64,000 bases of DNA from Blastocladiella emersonii ATCC 22665 (Eukaryota > Fungi > Blastocladiomycota): contig JANHCV010000013.1 of the NCBI GenBank assembly GCA_025594325.1, positions 62,001-126,000 of the forward strand, read 5' to 3'. Below the pieces are notes generated by a model. The model worked only from the letters and a program-made list of their open reading frames with translations, ran no database searches and was not told the origin of the DNA. This document shows, one piece after another, positions 53,277 to 64,000 of this stretch; the first letter of the stretch is position 1, and every line of letters starts with the position of its first letter. The position numbers and the translations under genes were made by a program.

Positions 53277-56200
53277 AACGCACCACGCGCTGCGCACACG
53301 GCGCAAACGGCCACCCTGGTGACACGCACACTCGCATGAACGGCAGGCATGCAAGGCGTCCTGAACTCAACGATGATATATCGTCTAGGTCTGCTCGCTC
53401 CAACGGGTGCGCCTGCCTGCCCTCCCTGTGCCATGGATTGATTGATTCATGTCCAGTGCTGCCCCCATGCTTGCTTTCATGGCCGCGGGGTCCGTCAGGA
53501 CGCCTTGCAATGGGTGCGCCAACCCCTGTTGCCAGCCATGTGGCAAGAAACACCACAGCACCTGCGTCGCCCTGGCCACCGTACCTTGCAAACAGCGTAG
53601 CAGCCGTACTGCTTCAGAGGGCTGCAGAGGGCTGGCTGCGGAGGGCTGAGGCGGCAGGGCTCCTCCTGCAGGAGACAGTGCTGGGGCCAAGGAGTTAGTG
53701 CTAGGGACTACTAACTGAATGGTGAATGACCCACACACCACATGCTCCTGGCAGGAGTGCGTGTGGGCGCGTGGGCCTGTGTCCGTGCGTGCCTGGATTA
53801 GTCCTCCATCACAAGTGACCAAGGTGACCAAGGTGACCAAGGTGACCAAGGTGACCAAGGTGACATGCAAGCACCAAGTTAGAGCGGCGGGGCAGCCATG
53901 GAAAGAAGGGCACAGGTACAAACTACCGTACCCTGGCCGCGGCCACTAGTCGCAGAACAGCCCTGCATGGCTCAGGACGCGGCGGGCGTTGGAGACAGGG
54001 TAGGTAGGTAGGTAGCAGCAGCAGCAGCAAGGAGCAGGACCTGGCTGGCAAACAACACAAGTGAAGGCGTGCGTGATGGAGTGAGAGAGTGTTGAATGAA
54101 TGGATGGGTGGATGCGATGCAGACCAGCATACGTGTCGTGCGTCGTCCGGATTGGTCGGCGACCACCCGCCAATCCTGCGGCATGGCTGTGGGGGCGGCA
54201 GTGGTGGTAGTGGAGCTAGAGTGGTGTCGTGGGGCTGGTGGGGTCCCCTCTCCTTCCTGTCTCGCCTAGGTGGGTGGGCGGACGTAGCGCGCATGCGGGC
54301 GGGCAAGGTAGGAACGTTGTTCAAGCAATGGATCATGTACTTTATGGCATGTGATCTGCAAGACAGGGAGGGGGAGCGACTGTGTCTAATTTTGACCGAG
54401 GGACCTTGCTGCAGCCAACGTCTGGCCCAATCCGACCCTCCACAAATCGCAACATGCACGAAACAAATTAGCTGACGTTTGGGATGTACCAAACCAGCCA
54501 CGTAGATAACTTTCATGGTACTCAAACAAGACCATACTCAAATCTTTGACTTCCTGCATGTCCAGCTAGCCAGGCTTCTGTAAATCACATTGATGACGCA
54601 ACAAAATATCTGGCCATAAGAATATTGTAAACCAGCCACTCTGGCAATTGTCATGGCACTCAAACAAAACCATATTCAAATCTTCGACTTCCCGCATGCC
54701 CATGTGGGCAAGGACCTATAAATCACAGTATCGAACCAACAAAATATCTGACCATAGAAACATAGTATACCAGCCACGAGGACAATTGTCATGGTACTCA
54801 AACAAAACCATATTCAAATCTTTGACTATTCACATGTCTAGCTGGTTGGCGACCCATAAATCGTAACATTGGAGCAACAAAATATCTGACCACGGAAATA
54901 CAGTAAACAAGCCCCGGAGATAATTGTCATGGTTCTCAAACAAAACCATATTCAGATCTTTGAATACCCCATGTCCAGGTGGTTGGGGGCCCAGAAATCG
55001 TAACATCGAACCAACAAAATATTTGACCATAGAAATATACTAAACCAGCCACGTACGTAATTGTCGCGTTACTTAAACAAAACCATACTCAAAACTTTGA
55101 CTTCCCGCATGTTCACCTAGCCAGGTACCCATAAATCACAGTATCGAGCCAACGAAAGATCTGACAATGGAAATATAGTAAACCGGCCGCGGAGAGAATT
55201 CTCATGGTACTCAAATGAAACCATACTCAAATCTATGACTTCCCACATGTCCAGCTGGTTGAGGACCCATAAATCGTAACGTCAAAGCAACAATGTATCT
55301 GACCATGGGAATATAGTAAACGAGCCCCGGAGATAATTGTCATGGTACGCAAACAAAACCATACTCAAGTCTATGCCTTCCCACATGTCCAGCTGGTTGG
55401 GGATCCATAAATCCCAGTATCGAACCAACAAGATATCTGACCATTGGACTATATGTAACCGATCCCGTAGGTAATTGTCATGATACCCAAACAAAACCAT
55501 ATTCAAATCTTTCACATCCCGCATGTCCAGCTAGCCAGGGACCCATAAATCACAGTATCCAACCAACAAAGTATCTGACCAAAGAAAGATCATAAACCAG
55601 CCACGCAGATAATTGTCATGGTATTCAAACAAAACCATACTCAAATCTTCGAATACCCGATGTCCAGGTGGGCAAGGGCCTATACATCACAGTGTTGAAC
55701 CAACAAAGTATCTGACGATCGGGATGTATCAAACCGGCCATGCTGATAATTGTCATGGTACTCAAACATAATCATAGTCGAGTCTTCGAATATCCTCACG
55801 TCCACGTGGGCAAGGACCCAAAGCGCCAGGTATCCAAATCTACCCCGTTGTGCACACTCTCCATTATCCAAGTCTGTCATCCTACAATTTTGGAACCCGT
55901 CGGCAAAGCTCACGGTCCAATCAACGAACAACAGCCAACCTGCCAACCTGGCTACCTACCTGCCTACCTGCCTAGCTGGCTATCTGCCTACCTGCAAACC
56001 TGCCAACCTGCCCTACCTGCTAACCAAACACACACACCGCCTCGCAAGTCCTTGTGGGCCCGCGCTCTCTGGTTGCCGTCCCAGCCAACAAAGGAATGAA
56101 TGATGAGCCCTGGCAGCCTGGCAGCCTGCCACACTGACAGCCTGGCAGCCTGCCACACTGACAGCCTGACAGCGCCCACCCAGTAGTTATTAGCTACCTC

Positions 56201-56400
56201 GTATGTCGTCTGAGAGGGGTTCAGCAGTCAATATACGACTGGTCTCCTCCTGGCTGGCAGCTCTGCTGTCCACTCCAAGTCCTGCATGATGATGGGCCAA
56301 GGAGCGTTACGAGCAGCTCCTCTGTCTATCCGCGTGAAACCACTCACCCGCTGACGGATGTACACCACGCACCGTGCAGCGCGCACAGCGCACAGCGCCC
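53277..56400. repeat. Unit U18 (3124 bp)
   Basis: Variants A53948, G55154 and G55780; C allele. Confidence 0.95.
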
Positions 56401-59400
56401 AACGCACCACGCGCTGCGCACACGGCGCAAACGGCCACCCTGGTGACACGCACACTCGCATGAACGGCAGGCATGCAAGGCGTCCTGAACTCAACGATGA
56501 TATATCGTCTAGGTCTGCTCGCTCCAACGGGTGCGCCTGCCTGCCCTCCCTGTGCCATGGATTGATTGATTCATGTCCAGTGCTGCCCCCATGCTTGCTT
56601 TCATGGCCGCGGGGTCCGTCAGGACGCCTTGCAATGGGTGCGCCAACCCCTGTTGCCAGCCATGTGGCAAGAAACACCACAGCACCTGCGTCGCCCTGGC
56701 CACCGTACCTTGCAAACAGCGTAGCAGCCGTACTGCTTCAGAGGGCTGCAGAGGGCTGGCTGCGGAGGGCTGAGGCGGCAGGGCTCCTCCTGCAGGAGAC
56801 AGTGCTGGGGCCAAGGAGTTAGTGCTAGGGACTACTAACTGAATGGTGAATGACCCACACACCACATGCTCCTGGCAGGAGTGCGTGTGGGCGCGTGGGC
56901 CTGTGTCCGTGCGTGCCTGGATTAGTCCTCCATCACAAGTGACCAAGGTGACCAAGGTGACCAAGGTGACCAAGGTGACCAAGGTGACATGCAAGCACCA
57001 AGTTAGAGCGGCGGGGCAGCCATGGAAAGAAGGGCACAGGTACAAACTACCGTACCCTGGCCGCGGCCACTAGTCGCAGAACAGCCCTGCATGGCTCAGG
57101 ACGCGGCGGGCGTTGGAGACAGGGTAGGTAGGTAGGTAGCAGCAGCAGCAGCAAGGAGCAGGACCTGGCTGGCAAACAACACAAGTGAAGGCGTGCGTGA
57201 TGGAGTGAGAGAGTGTTGAATGAATGGATGGGTGGATGCGATGCAGACCAGCATACGTGTCGTGCGTCGTCCGGATTGGTCGGCGACCACCCGCCAATCC
57301 TGCGGCATGGCTGTGGGGGCGGCAGTGGTGGTAGTGGAGCTAGAGTGGTGTCGTGGGGCTGGTGGGGTCCCCTCTCCTTCCTGTCTCGCCTAGGTGGGTG
57401 GGCGGACGTAGCGCGCATGCGGGCGGGCAAGGTAGGAACGTTGTTCAAGCAATGGATCATGTACTTTATGGCATGTGATCTGCAAGACAGGGAGGGGGAG
57501 CGACTGTGTCTAATTTTGACCGAGGGACCTTGCTGCAGCCAACGTCTGGCCCAATCCGACCCTCCACAAATCGCAACATGCACGAAACAAATTAGCTGAC
57601 GTTTGGGATGTACCAAACCAGCCACGTAGATAACTTTCATGGTACTCAAACAAGACCATACTCAAATCTTTGACTTCCTGCATGTCCAGCTAGCCAGGCT
57701 TCTGTAAATCACATTGATGACGCAACAAAATATCTGGCCATAAGAATATTGTAAACCAGCCACTCTGGCAATTGTCATGGCACTCAAACAAAACCATATT
57801 CAAATCTTCGACTTCCCGCATGCCCATGTGGGCAAGGACCTATAAATCACAGTATCGAACCAACAAAATATCTGACCATAGAAACATAGTATACCAGCCA
57901 CGAGGACAATTGTCATGGTACTCAAACAAAACCATATTCAAATCTTTGACTATTCACATGTCTAGCTGGTTGGCGACCCATAAATCGTAACATTGGAGCA
58001 ACAAAATATCTGACCACGGAAATACAGTAAACAAGCCCCGGAGATAATTGTCATGGTTCTCAAACAAAACCATATTCAGATCTTTGAATACCCCATGTCC
58101 AGGTGGTTGGGGGCCCAGAAATCGTAACATCGAACCAACAAAATATTTGACCATAGAAATATACTAAACCAGCCACGTACGTAATTGTCGCGTTACTTAA
58201 ACAAAACCATACTCAAAACTTTGACTTCCCGCATGTTCACCTAGCCAGGTACCCATAAATCACAGTATCGAGCCAACGAAAGATCTGACAATGGAAATAT
58301 AGTAAACCGGCCGCGGAGAGAATTCTCATGGTACTCAAATGAAACCATACTCAAATCTATGACTTCCCACATGTCCAGCTGGTTGAGGACCCATAAATCG
58401 TAACGTCAAAGCAACAATGTATCTGACCATGGGAATATAGTAAACGAGCCCCGGAGATAATTGTCATGGTACGCAAACAAAACCATACTCAAGTCTATGC
58501 CTTCCCACATGTCCAGCTGGTTGGGGATCCATAAATCCCAGTATCGAACCAACAAGATATCTGACCATTGGACTATATGTAACCGATCCCGTAGGTAATT
58601 GTCATGATACCCAAACAAAACCATATTCAAATCTTTCACATCCCGCATGTCCAGCTAGCCAGGGACCCATAAATCACAGTATCCAACCAACAAAGTATCT
58701 GACCAAAGAAAGATCATAAACCAGCCACGCAGATAATTGTCATGGTATTCAAACAAAACCATACTCAAATCTTCGAATACCCGATGTCCAGGTGGGCAAG
58801 GGCCTATACATCACAGTGTTGAACCAACAAAGTATCTGACGATCGGGATGTATCAAACCGGCCATGCTGATAATTGTCATGGTACTCAAACATAATCATA
58901 GTCGAGTCTTCGAATATCCTCACGTCCACGTGGGCAAGGACCCAAAGCGCCAGGTATCCAAATCTACCCCGTTGTGCACACTCTCCATTATCCAAGTCTG
59001 TCATCCTACAATTTTGGAACCCGTCGGCAAAGCTCACGGTCCAATCAACGAACAACAGCCAACCTGCCAACCTGGCTACCTACCTGCCTACCTGCCTAGC
59101 TGGCTATCTGCCTACCTGCAAACCTGCCAACCTGCCCTACCTGCTAACCAAACACACACACCGCCTCGCAAGTCCTTGTGGGCCCGCGCTCTCTGGTTGC
59201 CGTCCCAGCCAACAAAGGAATGAATGATGAGCCCTGGCAGCCTGGCAGCCTGCCACACTGACAGCCTGGCAGCCTGCCACACTGACAGCCTGACAGCGCC
59301 CACCCAGTAGTTATTAGCTACCTCGTATGTCGTCTGAGAGGGGTTCAGCAGTCAATATACGACTGGTCTCCTCCTGGCTGGCAGCTCTGCTGTCCACTCC

Positions 59401-59524
59401 AAGTCCTGCATGATGATGGGCCAAGGAGCGTTACGAGCAGCTCCTCTGTCTATCCGCGTGAAACCACTCACCCGCTGACGGATGTACACCACGCACCGTG
59501 CAGCGCGCACAGCGCACAGCGCCC
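56401..59524. repeat. Unit U19 (3124 bp)
   Basis: Variants A57072, G58278 and G58904; C allele. Confidence 0.95.
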
Positions 59525-62500
59525 AACGCACCACGCGCTGCGCACACGGCGCAAACGGCCACCCTGGTGACACGCACACTCGCATGAACGGCAGGCATGC
59601 AAGGCGTCCTGAACTCAACGATGATATATCGTCTAGGTCTGCTCGCTCCAACGGGTGCGCCTGCCTGCCCTCCCTGTGCCATGGATTGATTGATTCATGT
59701 CCAGTGCTGCCCCCATGCTTGCTTTCATGGCCGCGGGGTCCGTCAGGACGCCTTGCAATGGGTGCGCCAACCCCTGTTGCCAGCCATGTGGCAAGAAACA
59801 CCACAGCACCTGCGTCGCCCTGGCCACCGTACCTTGCAAACAGCGTAGCAGCCGTACTGCTTCAGAGGGCTGCAGAGGGCTGGCTGCGGAGGGCTGAGGC
59901 GGCAGGGCTCCTCCTGCAGGAGACAGTGCTGGGGCCAAGGAGTTAGTGCTAGGGACTACTAACTGAATGGTGAATGACCCACACACCACATGCTCCTGGC
60001 AGGAGTGCGTGTGGGCGCGTGGGCCTGTGTCCGTGCGTGCCTGGATTAGTCCTCCATCACAAGTGACCAAGGTGACCAAGGTGACCAAGGTGACCAAGGT
60101 GACCAAGGTGACATGCAAGCACCAAGTTAGAGCGGCGGGGCAGCCATGGAAAGAAGGGCACAGGTACAAACTACCGTACCCTGGCCGCGGCCACTTGTCG
60201 CAGAACAGCCCTGCATGGCTCAGGACGCGGCGGGCGTTGGAGACAGGGTAGGTAGGTAGGTAGCAGCAGCAGCAGCAAGGAGCAGGACCTGGCTGGCAAA
60301 CAACACAAGTGAAGGCGTGCGTGATGGAGTGAGAGAGTGTTGAATGAATGGATGGGTGGATGCGATGCAGACCAGCATACGTGTCGTGCGTCGTCCGGAT
60401 TGGTCGGCGACCACCCGCCAATCCTGCGGCATGGCTGTGGGGGCGGCAGTGGTGGTAGTGGAGCTAGAGTGGTGTCGTGGGGCTGGTGGGGTCCCCTCTC
60501 CTTCCTGTCTCGCCTAGGTGGGTGGGCGGACGTAGCGCGCATGCGGGCGGGCAAGGTAGGAACGTTGTTCAAGCAATGGATCATGTACTTTATGGCATGT
60601 GATCTGCAAGACAGGGAGGGGGAGCGACTGTGTCTAATTTTGACCGAGGGACCTTGCTGCAGCCAACGTCTGGCCCAATCCGACCCTCCACAAATCGCAA
60701 CATGCACGAAACAAATTAGCTGACGTTTGGGATGTACCAAACCAGCCACGTAGATAACTTTCATGGTACTCAAACAAGACCATACTCAAATCTTTGACTT
60801 CCTGCATGTCCAGCTAGCCAGGCTTCTGTAAATCACATTGATGACGCAACAAAATATCTGGCCATAAGAATATTGTAAACCAGCCACTCTGGCAATTGTC
60901 ATGGCACTCAAACAAAACCATATTCAAATCTTCGACTTCCCGCATGCCCATGTGGGCAAGGACCTATAAATCACAGTATCGAACCAACAAAATATCTGAC
61001 CATAGAAACATAGTATACCAGCCACGAGGACAATTGTCATGGTACTCAAACAAAACCATATTCAAATCTTTGACTATTCACATGTCTAGCTGGTTGGCGA
61101 CCCATAAATCGTAACATTGGAGCAACAAAATATCTGACCACGGAAATACAGTAAACAAGCCCCGGAGATAATTGTCATGGTTCTCAAACAAAACCATATT
61201 CAGATCTTTGAATACCCCATGTCCAGGTGGTTGGGGGCCCAGAAATCGTAACATCGAACCAACAAAATATTTGACCATAGAAATATACTAAACCAGCCAC
61301 GTACGTAATTGTCGCGTTACTTAAACAAAACCATACTCAAAACTTTGACTTCCCGCATGTTCACCTAGCCAGGTACCCATAAATCACAGTATCGAGCCAA
61401 CAAAAGATCTGACAATGGAAATATAGTAAACCGGCCGCGGAGAGAATTCTCATGGTACTCAAATGAAACCATACTCAAATCTATGACTTCCCACATGTCC
61501 AGCTGGTTGAGGACCCATAAATCGTAACGTCAAAGCAACAATGTATCTGACCATGGGAATATAGTAAACGAGCCCCGGAGATAATTGTCATGGTACGCAA
61601 ACAAAACCATACTCAAGTCTATGCCTTCCCACATGTCCAGCTGGTTGGGGATCCATAAATCCCAGTATCGAACCAACAAGATATCTGACCATTGGACTAT
61701 ATGTAACCGATCCCGTAGGTAATTGTCATGATACCCAAACAAAACCATATTCAAATCTTTCACATCCCGCATGTCCAGCTAGCCAGGGACCCATAAATCA
61801 CAGTATCCAACCAACAAAGTATCTGACCAAAGAAAGATCATAAACCAGCCACGCAGATAATTGTCATGGTATTCAAACAAAACCATACTCAAATCTTCGA
61901 ATACCCGATGTCCAGGTGGGCAAGGGCCTATACATCACAGTGTTGAACCAACAAAGTATCTGACGATCGGGATGTATCAAACCGGCCATGCTGATAATTG
62001 TCATGGTACTCAAACATAATCATAGTCAAGTCTTCGAATATCCTCACGTCCACGTGGGCAAGGACCCAAAGCGCCAGGTATCCAAATCTACCCCGTTGTG
62101 CACACTCTCCATTATCCAAGTCTGTCATCCTACAATTTTGGAACCCGTCGGCAAAGCTCACGGTCCAATCAACGAACAACAGCCAACCTGCCAACCTGGC
62201 TACCTACCTGCCTACCTGCCTAGCTGGCTATCTGCCTACCTGCAAACCTGCCAACCTGCCCTACCTGCTAACCAAACACACACACCGCCTCGCAAGTCCT
62301 TGTGGGCCCGCGCTCTCTGGTTGCCGTCCCAGCCAACAAAGGAATGAATGATGAGCCCTGGCAGCCTGGCAGCCTGCCACACTGACAGCCTGGCAGCCTG
62401 CCACACTGACAGCCTGACAGCGCCCACCCAGTAGTTATTAGCTACCTCGTATGTCGTCTGAGAGGGGTTCAGCAGTCAATATACGACTGGTCTCCTCCTG

Positions 62501-62648
62501 GCTGGCAGCTCTGCTGTCCACTCCAAGTCCTGCATGATGATGGGCCAAGGAGGGTTACGAGCAGCTCCTCTGTCTATCCGCGTGAAACCACTCACCCGCT
62601 GACGGATGTACACCACGCACCGTGCAGCGCGCACAGCGCACAGCGCCC
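59525..62648. repeat. Unit U20 (3124 bp)
   Basis: G allele; same variant states as U2. Confidence 0.95.
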
Positions 62649-64000
62649 AACGCACCACGCGCTGCGCACACGGCGCAAACGGCCACCCTGGTGACACGCA
62701 CACTCGCATGAACGGCAGGCATGCAAGGCGTCCTGAACTCAACGATGATATATCGTCTAGGTCTGCTCGCTCCAACGGGTGCGCCTGCCTGCCCTCCCTG
62801 TGCCATGGATTGATTGATTCATGTCCAGTGCTGCCCCCATGCTTGCTTTCATGGCCGCGGGGTCCGTCAGGACGCCTTGCAATGGGTGCGCCAACCCCTG
62901 TTGCCAGCCATGTGGCAAGAAACACCGCAGCACCTGCGTCGCCCTGGCCACCGTACCTTGCAAACAGCGTAGCAGCCGTACTGCTTCAGAGGGCTGCAGA
63001 GGGCTGGCTGCGGAGGGCTGAGGCGGCAGGGCTCCTCCTGCAGGAGACAGTGCTGGGGCCAAGGAGTTAGTGCTAGGGACTACTAACTGAATGGTGAATG
63101 ACCCACACACCACATGCTCCTGGCAGGAGTGCGTGTGGGCGCGTGGGCCTGTGTCCGTGCGTGCCTGGATTAGTCCTCCATCACAAGTGACCAAGGTGAC
63201 CAAGGTGACCAAGGTGACCAAGGTGACCAAGGTGACATGCAAGCACCAAGTTAGAGCGGCGGGGCAGCCATGGAAAGAAGGGCACAGGTACAAACTACCG
63301 TACCCTGGCCGCGGCCACTTGTCGCAGAACAGCCCTGCATGGCTCAGGACGCGGCGGGCGTTGGAGACAGGGTAGGTAGGTAGGTAGCAGCAGCAGCAGC
63401 AAGGAGCAGGACCTGGCTGGCAAACAACACAAGTGAAGGCGTGCGTGATGGAGTGAGAGAGTGTTGAATGAATGGATGGGTGGATGCGATGCAGACCAGC
63501 ATACGTGTCGTGCGTCGTCCGGATTGGTCGGCGACCACCCGCCAATCCTGCGGCATGGCTGTGGGGGCGGCAGTGGTGGTAGTGGAGCTAGAGTGGTGTC
63601 GTGGGGCTGGTGGGGTCCCCTCTCCTTCCTGTCTCGCCTAGGTGGGTGGGCGGACGTAGCGCGCATGCGGGCGGGCAAGGTAGGAACGTTGTTCAAGCAA
63701 TGGATCATGTACTTTATGGCATGTGATCTGCAAGACAGGGAGGGGGAGCGACTGTGTCTAATTTTGACCGAGGGACCTTGCTGCAGCCAACGTCTGGCCC
63801 AATCCGACCCTCCACAAATCGCAACATGCACGAAACAAATTAGCTGACGTTTGGGATGTACCAAACCAGCCACGTAGATAACTTTCATGGTACTCAAACA
63901 AGACCATACTCAAATCTTTGACTTCCTGCATGTCCAGCTAGCCAGGCTTCTGTAAATCACATTGATGACGCAACAAAATATCTGGCCATAAGAATATTGT
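62649..64000. repeat. Unit U21 (partial)
   Basis: Rare variant G62927, otherwise seen only in U3. Confidence 0.95.

Larger units (their letters stand above)
1..64000. repeat. Tandem macrosatellite array, ~20.4 units of 3124/3148 bp, open at both window ends
   Basis: The anchor AACGCACCACGCGCTG recurs at 1, 3125, 6249, 9373, 12497, 15621, 18745, 21893, 25017, 28165, 31313, 34461, 37585, 40733, 43881, 47029, 50153, 53277, 56401, 59525 and 62649. Every ORF in the track recurs with the same 3124/3148 spacing. Confidence 0.99.

Noticed and set aside
1-64000. Pure concatemer artefact of one 3.1-kb circle
   Set aside because: Variants are shared between units in ordered blocks rather than scattered like random read errors, which fits a real evolving array. 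Read-level confirmation is still needed.

Overview
The whole 64-kb window is one head-to-tail tandem array (macrosatellite) of about 20.4 near-identical units: 13 of 3124 bp, 7 of 3148 bp and a partial unit at the end. I found only 10 SNPs and one 24-bp indel between units, from reading the sequence and the ORF track. Each unit has two parts. One is a roughly 1.4-kb, ~41% GC, A-rich block of about 10 diverged 138-bp monomers (1160-2565 in unit 1). The other is a roughly 1.7-kb, ~60% GC spacer carrying micro/minisatellites, a perfect 15-bp inverted repeat and several hairpins. Shared variants show dimer higher-order repeats, a mosaic unit and an 18-unit (56,400-bp) duplication. I could not recognise any protein-coding gene, rRNA, tRNA, snRNA, transposase or CRISPR array; the ORF track is the same ~15 chance ORFs repeated. 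The sequence looks eukaryotic (inference from microsatellites and splice-like tracts). The function is unknown. Centromeric/subtelomeric satellite, an array of an unrecognised ncRNA, or an amplified decayed repeat-protein gene are all hypotheses.
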